64,000 nucleotides of DNA from Podarcis cretensis (Eukaryota). Numbering within the stretch: position 1 is the first letter of the stretch; every line of letters begins with the position of its first letter. Of the stretch, positions 52,101 through 62,182 are shown piece after piece. The notes beneath the pieces are model-generated. The model was not told where the DNA came from. It did no database searches and saw only the letters and a program-made list of their open reading frames with translations. The translations under genes were made by a program, and so were the position numbers. The stretch is taken from positions 37,138,001-37,202,000 of the forward strand of contig OX638149.1 in the NCBI GenBank assembly GCA_951804945.1. Direction: 5' to 3'.

Positions 52101-55100
52101 GCACCCAGAGCAGCATTTGCAATATCTTCCAGTTTACTTCTTGAAATGGCAGAAATAAAATTTAAATAATAATATTCGTAAAGCTGGTTTCTAAGATCCT
52201 GAAAGAAAAAATGAATGTTAAAAACACCAGAATTTTTAGATAAAAAGTATACTTTAAACATGAAATCCTTTACTATACAGTAGTGCTTCTAAAATTTAAT
52301 CTCCTATAAGGCAGCATAACCCATGCCAATAACAGACAATAGACCCATTTAATATTATCCAAGTATCCACACTTCAAACCAAAAATTAACAGAATATGCC
52401 ATTTCTTTATTTAGCCTGTTTTGACCCCAGTAAGAAGCTTTTCTGCTGAGCTCATTTGGGTAAATTTTGAATATATTGATTAGTTCATTTTTCTGCACAT
52501 TGTGTTATTGCATCTGTCCTGGATTAGATCTGTCTAGAGAAGAACAAAGTCTGAGATTTGAGTTTAAAAGCCTCTGCAGTGTCTGCATGTGTCCTGCAGG
52601 TGTCAGCAGTGTTAAATTGATATGCCGGACATTCATTCACTAAAAACTGCAATCCTAAATTGCACCAATACAAAGGTTGTGGCCTGCCCTGTAAGGGCTT
52701 TGATGGGAGAAAAAATTAATGTATGCAACCTGATTATATATAATTCCACTAATACCATCTGTTGCCTCAGCTTGTATAATATACATTAAATCTACAGGAA
52801 TGGGGCATAATGAATCATTTTCATGGGCATGGTTCCAGAAATCACTCCAAGAGATATCTCAGATTATGAAATGTTACATTCAAATCACCTGAAAACCTTA
52901 ATCAAATTAAGAATGTTGCAACAATTTTGGCTCACGTTCTTTACAAAAGGTGAAAATCATATTGTCATAATGCTCAGAGGTTGGGGTAAAAGAGAATGAA
53001 GGTTTTTTCCCCATGTGAAAAGGAGATTTGAGTTACACCTGATATTCACTGCTATATCAATTTCCGGATTTTAAGAAAAAGTTAAGCAAGCCAGCCAGTG
53101 TTACAAACTGAGATATGAAAGCTAGGAGCTAAATGCACCTTAAACCTAGGTTATGGGTGCAATAACAGAATGTCTAGGCACACTTTTTTATAACAAGAAT
53201 ACAAAGCTGAAAATGAATGAACTGCAGCTAAAATATTATGCTCATTTTTCACATGATCTGGTCCTTCCCCTGCCTACCCCCCTAATATTCTTAAGAGGGT
53301 CTCTTGTCCAGTCTTCAGAGAGTAGCTGGAAGTGGGGAGGCAGGAAAAGGTCTTCCTTTCCTTCCACTCTGCAGTTTGAAATCTTAGGCACAGTACTGCG
53401 CCCAGAGCTCAGAAGCTGCTCATGCTAATGAAATTCCCTGTCGCAAAATGCGCCTAGAACAATGGGAGCTTCGAACACTTGACACCTGATATATTCGTAG
53501 ACACTAGCACAGGTAGTAGATAGACTTTAAAACTGCAAGGAAAGTAGTGAATAATCATACAAGACAACACGTTTGCAGGGGCTACAGCAGTAGCAAGCTG
53601 TCTCTCCTAACTGGCAACGACACTTAAGAACCTCTCAGATCCATAGCATAACCACTGTAAGTAGTAAGAGTATTTTCTAAGCAGTTGGCTCATCACCGGA
53701 TTTGCTGATGTGGAGTACATGCTGCAAACAATGAAGTCACAGCCCTAACATCTATGCAGCTGAAGCATAAACACTACCTTTTATCTGGCAGTAAAACAAA
53801 GTCCAGTTTCTTGTGTTACAACATGAATTTTTAAACTCTTACAATGGACATTAAGAACATCACACTACCTGGCACAGCCTGTCAATATTTTCCTCTGTTG
53901 GCATTACAAAATAGATTGCTGGAACGTCTGGAATAGAATCTCGATCGGAGTGCAGAAGACTGGAAATAAAAGAACAAGCTTCATTTGTGAACTGTTTTTA
54001 CTCTTTCTTGAAACAAATGGAACAACAACAAAAAGCCCTAGAAACAAAAAAGGCTTCAACAGCTTCAATCCTATGCACACTTGCTTAGGGCAGAGCTTGA
54101 CCGTGCAATCAGCCTTCTTCCAAGTAATCATCTATTGGATTGGGCACACCTTTCTACATAATTTGCTGATGCAGAAGTCATGCTAGTTTTTCTTTAATTG
54201 AAGTTTAACTGAAAGCCTGCCCAAGGAAGATGTATTCCTTTCTCTCCTGTTCCCTTAACTATAGTTAAGCAGTTTGTTGACCACACATCATGAATTGCAA
54301 TCAAGGTTAACCACGGCATCTCAGTGTACCCATTCATAGCTTGTATGATTAGTCTGAAAAAAGGAAAAGGAGCTGTCTCAGGTGTTTCAAAACTATGACT
54401 TGAAAAGGTAGATTGCATAGACCTAAGTATAATGAAAATATATTTTTCAGATATGCTCTGACTGTATGCCCAGTAACTTGCAAAATTAAAACTGCTTTCA
54501 GCCTTCTCTTAATTTTGTAATCAATGTAATGGATTTATGTACTGTTTTAGGTAAAGACTGGCATACTTAGACATGCCAGAGCTTCAGTCTGCTTTTTACA
54601 AGATACATCACTGTAAGCATAACTAGCATCCTTCAGCTTGCCATTATTGACCAGTTACCCAGCTGGTGGTTTAACATCCAGCCTTATCCTCCTCACCATA
54701 AAAAACCACGTTTTTTCAAACAACGTATAAAGTAACACAACTGCAAAACGTATACATATAGATACATACAGATGTAAAGTAATGCCCATGTCTCTTAATT
54801 CTTTCACTGACAATAATGGAGATATTATATCTTGGCCAAATCTGTCATAAATGAGAACCTGCAACATAAAAATACCTATTAGCATAATTCCAGTAAGGAA
54901 CATGACATATTTGGGGGAGAGGATAGGACTCTTTTGAGGTCAACCAATCAGAGAGGAAGAAGAATGCTATGGTCAGGTTTTATTAGTTGCATACACACTA
55001 AGCAAACTAGAAAGCAATGTCAGTGCATGGATCACCATTCACTTCAGTGGGGCCTGAGCAGAGGTTGTGCAGCAGCTTTATGTCCATGAGCTTGTAATTA

Positions 55101-58100
55101 TTTAACAGATAAAGGGGTCTTAAGCAACATTTCAGATCTGAAGGAGTCAGTCACATTCTCATATGCTTTGAAATAAATACAGTGGTACCTCAGGTTAAAT
55201 ACGCTTCAGGTTACATATGCTTCAGGTTACAGACTCCGCTAACCCAGAAATAGTACCCCGGGTTAAGAACTTTGCTTCAGGCTGAGAACAGAAATCGTGC
55301 TCCGGCGGTGCAGCCGCAGCAAGAGGCCCCATTAACTAAAGTGGTGCTTCAGGTTAAGAACAGTTTCAGGTTAAGAATGGAGCTCCGGAACAAATTAAGT
55401 ATGTAACAAAAGGTACCACTGTAATTTCCTTTAAAACATATTATTATTTAAAAAATATGAAAACAACAGGAAAACATTTAAAAATATTGTTTAACATTGT
55501 ATTTGTTTAAAAAAAATAAGGGCAGCCTATCATACAAAACCAAGAGAGAATATTTGGACATAATAACTAACCATGATTTATTGTGAAGGGAATAATTCTA
55601 GATGAACCATGGGCTAAAATGCTTTTCCTGCTCCCTCCAGTGCAGTTAAATTAATGTTTTTTCCCATGTTTTTGATTAAACACCGTTTAGTGTCTAAATC
55701 AATCAATCTCAATGTTATGTCTCAAGCTTCAACTGTACAGTGGTACCTCTAGATACAAATTTAATTCATTCCGGAGGTCCATTCTTAACCTGAAACTGTT
55801 CTTAACTAGAGGAGTGCTTTCACTAATGGGGCCTCTTGCTGCCACTGCACTGCCGGGCACCCAATTTCCATTCTTATCCTGAGGCAAAGTTCTCAACTCG
55901 AGGTAACTCTTCCATGTTAGCGGAGTTTGTAACCTGAAGCGTTTGTAACTGGAGGTACGACTGTATTTAATGTTGTTTGTCAAAACCAGGCAGCTTCATA
56001 ATATATGGCTTGTTTCAAGCAAATCAGAGTTAAGATTAACTGGAGTTTCTCAGGGTCACACAACACAGCAAGCCTCAAACAAATGAATGAAAGAAAGAAA
56101 GAAAGAAAGAAAGGAAGGAAAAGCTTCAGAGCTCCTCATTGCAGCCATGCCAGAGAAGGAGGGAATGGGGCAGTGTGCATCTGATGCTCACCTAGCTAGT
56201 TCCTGTCAGAATTAAAAAAGTGTTTTATGATAATATCTGGACTTAAAAACCAACTGGAAAAGGTAACATGCACAATAAAGGCTGAAATGGTTCTATCATG
56301 CAATATTAAAACAGTCACAAACAATGTTTCTTTAACCATTAGTACAGTTTCCTCAATAAAATCCATCACCAGTGTCAAATACACTACCAAAGTAATTACT
56401 TCTATCTACTCAGCTATGTTTACTTTCACAGAGCTCTTCTTTATGCAGTTCTATGGGGTCACGAAGAGTTGGACACGACTAAACAACAATATAATTAAAA
56501 CACTTTCATTTTCATTATCAGCAATTGGTCCAAGTCAACAACCTATTTCGTAAAGCTATAAAATGTCATTTTCAAGAACAAGGCAAATAAGTTAATTTGA
56601 AACTAGAAATGATTACCATGGATGTAAAATTGGCATATAGTTTGACTTACTTTCCATACTGGTTCACCTGTACTGTTTTTAACAGGTGGCACATTGAAAT
56701 TCAACATACGTTTTAGAGCCACTGAAAATGAGAGAAAAGAGGATTTTGAATAGTTTTGAAAACGTATGACTAACCACATAAAATCTATTGAGAACGTTTT
56801 CAAAATATTGCAATCTGCTTATATGTTATTTCGAAAAAAACAATGCTATAGTTTATTTATTTGAGATTATTTTAGTCAAACAGTATATAAATTGTTAAAA
56901 TAAAATACAGAGGCCATGGCTGCTGTCTTATTTAAATTGATAACAACATTTGTCAAGATGTGTGGATATTGTAGCAACTGAAGAGACAAGAACCTAGGAG
57001 CAGAAACCTGGTCTTGTAAAATAACAGTACGTTTCCATTGTACCTCCTATGTACCAAAGCCTTCTTATACTCAGAGACATAAGTATGATGAAAATTGATG
57101 TGAAAGTCATATTAGATATTCCCAAGGCTCTGCCCTGAGACTAAAACTTTTAAAATAATCCATGAACAAACGCTCGGATGGGGAAAAAATGGCAAAGGAG
57201 ATTCAGCAGAAAGTGTAAAGTGCTGCACACAAGGGCACTGAATTTACATATATGCTGTCAAGTCCAAACTGGTAGTGACTTCTCAATATCTCTGACATAA
57301 GAAGAATGAAGCTGTAATAAAAAATGTGTGTGTGTGTTGAAGTCTGATGAAGAAGTCTAGTCCTAAACCCAAACCCTGACATGGGTGAGTCCGTGAAGAT
57401 TTCATACACCTTTACTGTTTGTGTTCCAGAATGGTACTAATAAATATATGTTCAGTATGGAATGCTTTGGCAATTAGAAGCCATTGGGACATACTACACC
57501 GACCTGCTTCTGACTGGATAACATAGGCAAATCTATTTGTTTGAAACAACCTTCCCCAACCTGGTAACCCCCAGATGTTCTGGACCATAAGTCCAACCAG
57601 TGCTGATTGTGGCTAATGGGAACTAGTCCAAAAACAACTGGAGGACACCAAGTGGAGGAACTTGAAGGGCTGTGCTTCAGTTTGGAGTAGTAACACCAGC
57701 CATTAAAATCACAGAAAAACACCCAGCCTAAAACCATCACGATTGCATCGGTGACATGTTCAGAACTCCTCGGAGCACAGCTTGAAAAAATGAAAAAAAT
57801 GCTGACTCTGATAAACCTTATATTTTCCTTTGAGGATGATGCGTATAAGGTACTAAAGGGGCATTACTTGGGGATCATTTGTTCTTGTATCTTCTAACAG
57901 TGCCTTGAGAATTGCTTAACGCGGGTAGGCGGATGATGCAAAGGCTGCTTTTAACAACGAACAGCATTGACTCCTCTTTAAGTTTAAGGGCTCCTTTGGA
58001 ATAACTGTAATGTCTATGAAACTGTGACGGCAGTCTCTCTGTGGACATGGTGGGGTGGGGTGGATTCCCCCCCCCTTTTGTACCAATTTAAAATCCCGTA

Positions 58101-58578
58101 GTGGTCTATGAAGTCCCTACTGCCCTATAATCCCAAACTGTTGTTGCTGTTCTTATAAAACCCGAGGGTTGGAAGCAGCGAAAGAAGAAACACAGCCGCG
58201 CCAGGAAACTAAGAGCAGGATGCGGAGTCAAGACAGGGAACCCCCTCGGCGCCTTGGCCGCCACGGGGCGACCCCCCCCCCAAAAAAAAATAAGGCAGGG
58301 CTCCGCTCCTCCAGAAGCGGATCGGCCAGCCAAAGAGAGCCTTCCTCGCGCGGGTTTTAAAGGCAGAGGCCCCGCAGAGGGTGCAGGAAGGAGCAGGCCG
58401 CGCGTATCCTCCGTGAGGTAACAAAGACGCCGCGAAACCCTCCCGCCGAGGAGGCGGCGGCGGTCCCGCCGCACCCCGCGGGCTCCCGGGCGACAGAGAG
58501 CCGGCGCCCCTTCGAGCCTGTCCCCGAGAGAAAAGCGGGGAACTCACCCGTCTGCTTCTCCCGGATGCTGGCCGCCAT
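18054..58578 (-). CDS. SCFD1: Sec1 family domain-containing protein 1 (SLY1 homolog); complete 25-exon gene, CDS 1899 nt / 632 aa
   Basis: Exons were translated by hand and join in frame with GT-AG sites: [20 protein letters not shown]...[30 protein letters not shown]...[31 protein letters not shown]...[14 protein letters not shown]...LSQLGQK*. This is recognisably vertebrate SCFD1. Confidence 0.98.
19548..19616 (-). CDS. SCFD1: SCFD1 exon 24 ([23 protein letters not shown])
   Basis: 69 nt, ag/gtaaga, ends in phase 0. Confidence 0.96.
20298..20363 (-). CDS. SCFD1: SCFD1 exon 23 ([22 protein letters not shown])
   Basis: 66 nt, ag/gtatgt. Confidence 0.96.
20907..20968. repeat. Perfect 31-bp tandem duplication
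   Basis: gaaataagaggggggaaaaactgaggctttg x2. Confidence 0.95.
21039..21081. repeat. (CT)n microsatellite
   Basis: Directly visible. Confidence 0.95.
22385..22743 (-). mobile_element. Sauria SINE (subfamily B)
   Basis: Homologous to the 11323 copy; TSD tttaattgata. Confidence 0.9.
23266..23299 (-). CDS. SCFD1: SCFD1 exon 22 ([11 protein letters not shown])
   Basis: 34 nt, ag/gtaaga. Confidence 0.95.
24168..24220 (-). CDS. SCFD1: SCFD1 exon 21 ([17 protein letters not shown])
   Basis: 53 nt, ag/gtgagt. Confidence 0.96.
25555..25608 (-). CDS. SCFD1: SCFD1 exon 20 ([18 protein letters not shown])
   Basis: 54 nt, ag/gtaagt. Confidence 0.96.
26436..26511 (-). CDS. SCFD1: SCFD1 exon 19 ([25 protein letters not shown])
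   Basis: 76 nt, ag/gt. Confidence 0.96.
26561..26600. repeat. (AAT)n microsatellite (others at about 18748-18773 and 46143-46186)
   Basis: Directly visible. Confidence 0.95.
27341..27403 (-). CDS. SCFD1: SCFD1 exon 18 ([20 protein letters not shown])
   Basis: 63 nt, ag/gtaagt. Confidence 0.95.
28224..28303 (-). CDS. SCFD1: SCFD1 exon 17 ([26 protein letters not shown])
   Basis: 80 nt, ag/gtaagt. Confidence 0.96.
28463..28980 (+). mobile_element. Penelope-like retroelement 3' fragment (GIY-YIG endonuclease C-terminus plus terminal repeat)
   Basis: [81 protein letters not shown], then ctgaagaagtgtgcatgcacacgaaagct and ttagttggtctttaaggtgctac. Confidence 0.88.
28889..28926 (+). ncRNA. Minimal type I hammerhead-ribozyme motif in the Penelope terminal repeat
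   Basis: gtat-CTGAAGA-a-gtgtg(catg)cacac-GAAA-gc-TC-ctac: core boxes, palindromic stem II and AGCT stem III; one stem I mismatch. Confidence 0.65.
29218..29499 (+). mobile_element. Sauria SINE (subfamily B), 5'-truncated
   Basis: Body and ACCTTT tail match the 11323 and 61832 copies. Confidence 0.9.
30493..30563 (-). CDS. SCFD1: SCFD1 exon 16 ([23 protein letters not shown])
   Basis: 71 nt, ag/gtatgg. Confidence 0.96.
30763..30999 (+). mobile_element. 5'-truncated LINE (L1-like) 3' end
   Basis: AATAAA plus A-rich tail, bounded by a 12-bp TSD aaaaagagtact (30751-30762 / 31000-31011). Confidence 0.65.
31100..31300 (-). mobile_element. CR1-type ORF1 N-terminal zinc-finger / leucine-zipper remnant
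   Basis: [47 protein letters not shown], with stops. Confidence 0.6.
31798..31894 (-). CDS. SCFD1: SCFD1 exon 15 ([32 protein letters not shown])
   Basis: 97 nt, ag/gtaagt. Confidence 0.96.
32264..32626 (-). mobile_element. Sauria SINE (subfamily B), young
   Basis: Near-identical reverse complement of 11323-11687; 15-bp TSD tacatgaagtgccta. Confidence 0.92.
33243..34360 (-). mobile_element. L2-clade LINE, 5'-truncated, with an uninterrupted reverse-transcriptase C-terminal ORF
   Basis: ORF 33367-34398 contains [28 protein letters not shown] and [10 protein letters not shown]; short 3' UTR and (TTA)n tail. Confidence 0.92.
36495..36705. mobile_element. Tc1/mariner-type MITE, third family
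   Basis: ta-cagtggacgctcgggttgc...gtaacccgaggtatgactg-ta; CpG-rich. Confidence 0.78.
36884..37195. mobile_element. Solo LTR (312 bp)
   Basis: TGTCATG...CATGACA inverted termini, flanks cagaa/cagac (5-bp TSD with 1 mismatch), TATAAA at 37011. Confidence 0.65.
37727..37808 (-). CDS. SCFD1: SCFD1 exon 14 ([27 protein letters not shown])
   Basis: 82 nt, ag/gtatgg. Confidence 0.96.
38394..38432. repeat. (GGCA)n microsatellite
   Basis: Directly visible. Confidence 0.9.
38453..38559. other. Ungapped 41-bp inverted repeat with a 25-nt loop in SCFD1 intron 13
   Basis: gccatacattgaggctccctggccactgccagcatagcgca / tgtgctgtgctggcagtggccagggagctgcgatgcatggc. Confidence 0.85.
38944..39017 (-). CDS. SCFD1: SCFD1 exon 13 ([24 protein letters not shown])
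   Basis: 74 nt, ag/gtaagc. Confidence 0.96.
39912..40002 (-). CDS. SCFD1: SCFD1 exon 12 ([30 protein letters not shown])
   Basis: 91 nt, ag/gtaag. Confidence 0.96.
41200..41339 (-). CDS. SCFD1: SCFD1 exon 11 ([46 protein letters not shown])
   Basis: 140 nt, ag/gtaaga. Confidence 0.96.
42245..42520 (-). mobile_element. Degenerate CR1 3' fragment
   Basis: Similar to 14212-14640 (catagaattgtagagctggaaggaacacc..., cagctcttactgtcagaaag). Confidence 0.75.
44430..45270 (-). mobile_element. Older degenerate L2-like LINE 3' fragment
   Basis: Diverged similarity to the L2 ORF2 C-terminus (LHWLP / SRLDYCN-type segments with frameshifts); related pieces at about 42535-42670 and 59670-60250. Confidence 0.65.
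45683..45818. mobile_element. Short palindromic non-autonomous element (related copies at about 18253-18378, 38026-38155, 57547-57660)
   Basis: Shared gatgtt...aactcccatc...gatgggagttg core with internal dyad symmetry. Confidence 0.55.
45913..46012 (-). CDS. SCFD1: SCFD1 exon 10 ([33 protein letters not shown])
   Basis: 100 nt, ag/gtaag. Confidence 0.96.
46411..46496 (-). CDS. SCFD1: SCFD1 exon 9 ([28 protein letters not shown])
   Basis: 86 nt, ag/gt. Confidence 0.96.
46850..47620 (-). mobile_element. DIRS-like tyrosine-recombinase retroelement remnant
   Basis: [28 protein letters not shown] (YR C-terminal HSTR...W box) followed by DAAFG; imperfect inverted repeats at 46856-46893 / 47580-47615. 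Confidence 0.6.
47994..48081 (+). mobile_element. BovB/RTE 3' tail fragment
   Basis: gtccatggggtcacgaagagtcggacacgactaaacgactaaac(aac)n; shorter copy at about 56450-56489. Confidence 0.8.
49406..49461 (-). CDS. SCFD1: SCFD1 exon 8 ([18 protein letters not shown])
   Basis: 56 nt, ag/gtgagt. Confidence 0.96.
50744..50833 (-). CDS. SCFD1: SCFD1 exon 7 ([29 protein letters not shown])
   Basis: 90 nt, ag/gtaagt. Confidence 0.96.
50875..51100. mobile_element. Tc1/mariner-type MITE (same family, opposite orientation to 1782 and 55180)
   Basis: TIR cagtggtacctcggg...cccgaggtaccactg, TA TSD. Confidence 0.88.
51708..51795 (-). CDS. SCFD1: SCFD1 exon 6 ([29 protein letters not shown])
   Basis: 88 nt, ag/gtaggt. 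Confidence 0.96.
52076..52198 (-). CDS. SCFD1: SCFD1 exon 5 ([41 protein letters not shown])
   Basis: 123 nt, ag/gtaa. Confidence 0.96.
53869..53959 (-). CDS. SCFD1: SCFD1 exon 4 ([30 protein letters not shown])
   Basis: 91 nt, ag/gt. Confidence 0.96.
54770..54858 (-). CDS. SCFD1: SCFD1 exon 3 ([29 protein letters not shown])
   Basis: 89 nt, ag/gtatgt. Confidence 0.96.
55180..55421. mobile_element. Tc1/mariner-type MITE
   Basis: Same TIR and body as 1782-2015, TA TSD. Confidence 0.88.
55738..55963. mobile_element. Tc1/mariner-type MITE (inverted relative to 55180)
   Basis: cagtggtacctc...gaggtacgactg, TA TSD. Confidence 0.85.
56651..56721 (-). CDS. SCFD1: SCFD1 exon 2 ([23 protein letters not shown])
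   Basis: 71 nt, ag/gtaagt. Confidence 0.96.
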
Positions 58579-59000
58579 CTTTTCTGCCACTTAGGCCGGC
58601 TCCGCCCCCGTCGTCGCTACAGCAGCCGGCAGACGTGGCGCCCCGGCGAGGCGGCCCCTGCTGCTGCTGCTGCGAGCGACCTGAGGCGCGGCGGGCGGAG
58701 CTTCCTCGCCCGGCGTCCCCTCTGGCTCCTCGTATATCCCAGCCGCCGGCGCCGCAACTGGGGCTTCTTGGTTATCTCCGGGGATGGTTGGAAGAGGAGA
58801 GGGCGGCGGACGGTTTCCTCCTTCTGCTTCTTCCCACCGCCCGCTCTTCTGCCACTGAGGCGCTCGCGGCCCTCGCGCGGGACGGGCTTGGCGGTGCCGG
58901 ATGGGGCGGTTCTGAGGTGAATTGGCAGCGAGGAGCCAAAATATAGGGAAGAGGGAGAAAATGCCACGCTCAAAAAGTTGCTGCTTACGGGCGGGTAGCT
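58180..59000 (-). promoter_or_regulatory. CpG island / SCFD1 promoter and 5' UTR
   Basis: Abrupt GC- and CpG-rich block in an otherwise CpG-depleted window; it spans exon 1 and contains GC boxes (gggcgg) and a YY1-like AAGATGGCG at the start codon. Confidence 0.9.
58548..58578 (-). CDS. SCFD1: SCFD1 coding exon 1 ([11 protein letters not shown])
   Basis: aagATGGcg start; donor G|gtgagt; 31 nt. Confidence 0.95.
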
Positions 59001-60372
59001 TCTTACGCTTGAAACAGCTGTTAGAAAATATACAGGGTTTCAAGGGGAAGGGCTGGGCAACATCCTAGATCTGACCACCATGTACCCCCCCAAAAAAAAC
59101 CCTTTTCTGTCTCTCTAGTAAAAGACTCGTAAAAGATCATCATAATATTCTCAAGGCTGCAATCCTAGCCCCTTACCTGCTAGTAAAACCTCCTTAGATT
59201 CTGCTGGATTTACTTCTCAGTAGACGTGGGTAGCCTTGCTTCCTAAATTATGATTTACCTCCAGGGCTACCACTGGTTTTATTATGCTTTTGTGATGGCT
59301 TTTGTTGTTGCTAAACCCAATAGTCACACAGAACCTCTGTCTTCAGAAGTACCAAATATTAGCGGAAAGAGAAGAAAGCCATTGTGGGGGTAAGAATCTG
59401 GCTGACATTAAGCCATATGCAGAGTAGACCCACTGAAATGAATGGAAACATGATTTCAGTGGGTTTGAGTATGGCTTAATTGGATATGGCATTGTATTTA
59501 TATTATTTTGCCATATACTCTTTATCTTATTCAGGGCTTGTATTCCTAACTGGATAGTCCAAGTTTGGCCTAAAGTCACAGTTTTCCAGGTTAACTAGTC
59601 AGAGAGGTTTACAAAGTGCTAGAAGTTGACATTTGGTCCTGTACACAAGCACTGTTGTTATTTAGGGAAGCTTTTTAATGTTGAATGTTTTACTGTTTTT
59701 TATATATGATGGAAGCCACCCAGAGTTGCTGGGGCAGCCCAGTCAGATGGTCAGGGTACAAAATAAAGTAATAACAATAATAATTTAGTCTACCACAGCA
59801 ATTCATACACAAACCCACAAAAAGAACTGCTTTGGTGTGTCCCCCACCCCATTAATTGGCCACTGTTGGGAGACAGATGGAGGAATGTGACTCTGTTGAT
59901 TCTTCTTGATCTCTCAGCAGCTTTCAGTACCATCCACCATGGTATCCAAAATACCAATTGTGTTGGAAGCATACAGGCAGCCAGTGTGGTTCTAGATCCA
60001 ATTCAATGTGCTGCTTTTGACCTATAAAACTCTATGGCTCAGAACCCCAGTATATTCTGGCATGTCTATCCCAAACATACCTGCATCCTTCTCCAGAGCC
60101 CATCCCCCTCTTTGGGGATGCTTGGAGGGTGGTAACAAGGAAGAGGACCTTTTCAGTTGTGGTTTCATTGGTTTAATGCCTTTTGCAGTGAAGTCGACCT
60201 GGCATCTTTGTTTCAGCACCAGACTTATCTCCTCCACCCAGCTTTTGATGGATTACAAATGGATGTTTTGCTACTGCTGTGCCGGCGATTTCCTGTAGCT
60301 GTTATAGGGATTGTTACATTTTTGTGGCATAAAGTATTACTATTTGTTTTTAATGTGTGATAAGTCACTTGA

Positions 60373-60725
60373 CTGGATGTGGGTGGCACTGTGGGTTAAA
60401 CCACAGAGCCTCGGACTTGCTGATCAGAAGGTCAGCGGTTCGAATCCCCGCGACGGGGTGAGCTCCCGTTGCTCTGTCCCTGCTCCTGCCAACCTAGCAG
60501 TTCAAAAGCACGTCAAAGTTCAAGTAGATAAATAGGTACCGCTCTGGCGGGAAGGTAAATGGCGGTTCCGTGCGCTGCTCTGGTTCGCCAGAGGCGGCTT
60601 AGTCATGCTGGCCACATGACCTGGAAGCTGTACGCCAGCTCCCTCGGCCAATAAAGCGAGATAAGCACCGCAACCCCAGAGTCGGTCACGACTGGACCTA
60701 ATGGTCAGGGGTCCCTTTACCTTTT
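60373..60725 (+). mobile_element. Sauria SINE (subfamily A)
   Basis: Homologous to the 3738 and 6810 copies; TSD agtcacttga. Confidence 0.9.
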
Positions 60726-61831
60726 AGTCACTTGAAGACCTTTGGGTAACAAATGACTGACAAGTCAAATAACAGTATTTAAAAAAAATATAATTTAAAG
60801 GTGCTTTATGGGATAATTATTCTTACTGAGCAATATTACCACCAGAAATGTGTAGGTCCAGAGCCCTACAGCTTCCAAACCATCTTCATGGCAGGGGAGG
60901 AGGAAAAGTGTGCCAGAAGGAATAGTCTTCTTCCCATTGGAGCAAATGGCATGGGGATGGCATGTTCCGGCTCATTATGTGGCATAATTTCTAGCATGTT
61001 TGTGTCACTGGGATTTCAGGGTGTTAGGATTCAGCACATTTGCTTCTTCATGCTGCTGCCCATTCTCAAGGACCAGCAGGCCAAACATTGCAATAATGTC
61101 CTACCTTCCAAGGAGCTCAAAGGGACAAAGAGTTTTGCTCCTCCCCATTTGCAGGGTAGGGATTTCAACCCTGGTCTCCCAGGTTTATCCACTACATCAA
61201 TAGTGTAGCCTTTGTGAAGTGTATAGAAGCATTTTCAGAGGCATGTTTTTGGTGGAAGTGGGTAGTCTAAATTTGGGAATTTTTCTGTCTCATCCTTCAA
61301 CCCCTCAGTGGAAACACTAAGTTTAGTTTATAATCTTTTCCATAAGTACCTGAACAGGAATCATATAAAATATATAAGAATGGGAGTCCCCTATCACACT
61401 TTAGGAAGAAATAAATCAGTGTCATTTGTGAATCTTCAGAGCTATAATATACCAATTTTATTTGTAAAATGAAGCTAGGTAAGTAACCCTGGACTACGAT
61501 AGAAGATATTCCTGTTTGCACTATTAACATTGTATGGTAACATGAGTATTATCATGAATCTCAGATGAAGCAACACCATTGTTGCACATGAACATCCTCA
61601 AAAGAATCAAGTCCAACTACATTTGAATGCATATATATTTAATACTGTTAACTGACACATCGTTGATTTATTGCACTTTATATACAGTACATGTAAATGA
61701 CGGTTCTCCCATAATACATTGCTGCAAGTAATAGAAGAGCAAACAGACACTGGAAGCCATAGAAAGCCCCAGGAAATAGATATTAAAGTTTTAAACAAAA
61801 ACTAATATTTACAAACTTATAATTGTACATG

Positions 61832-62182
61832 TGGGTTAAAGCCTCAGCGCCTAGGGCTTGCCGATCGAAAGGTCGGCGGTTCGAATCCCTGCGGCGGGGT
61901 GCGCTCCCGCTGCTCGGTCCCAGCGCCTGCCAACCTAGCAGTTCGAAAGCACCTCCGGGTGCAAGTAGATAAATAGGGACCGCTTACCAGCGGGAAGGTA
62001 AACGGCGTTTCCGTGTGCGGCTCTGGCTCTGGCTCTGGCCAGAGCAGCGATATCACGCTGGCCACGTGACCCATAAGTGTCTCCAGACAGCGCTGGCCCC
62101 TGGCCTCTTAAGTGAGATGGGCGCACAACCCCAGAGTCTGTCAAGACTGGCCCGTACGGGCAGGGGTACCTTTACCTTTACC
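61832..62182 (+). mobile_element. Sauria SINE (subfamily B), slightly 5'-truncated
   Basis: TSD taattgtacatg; ACCTTT tail. Confidence 0.9.

Noticed and set aside
58106-59043. Several 100-150 aa ORFs on both strands
   Set aside because: Low-complexity Ala/Arg/Pro/Gly products expected from a stop-poor CpG island; only [10 protein letters not shown] is supported as coding.
3817-62144. Recurrent ORFs containing [18 protein letters not shown] or PEPEPEP
   Set aside because: They are translations of Sauria SINE copies, not a gene family.
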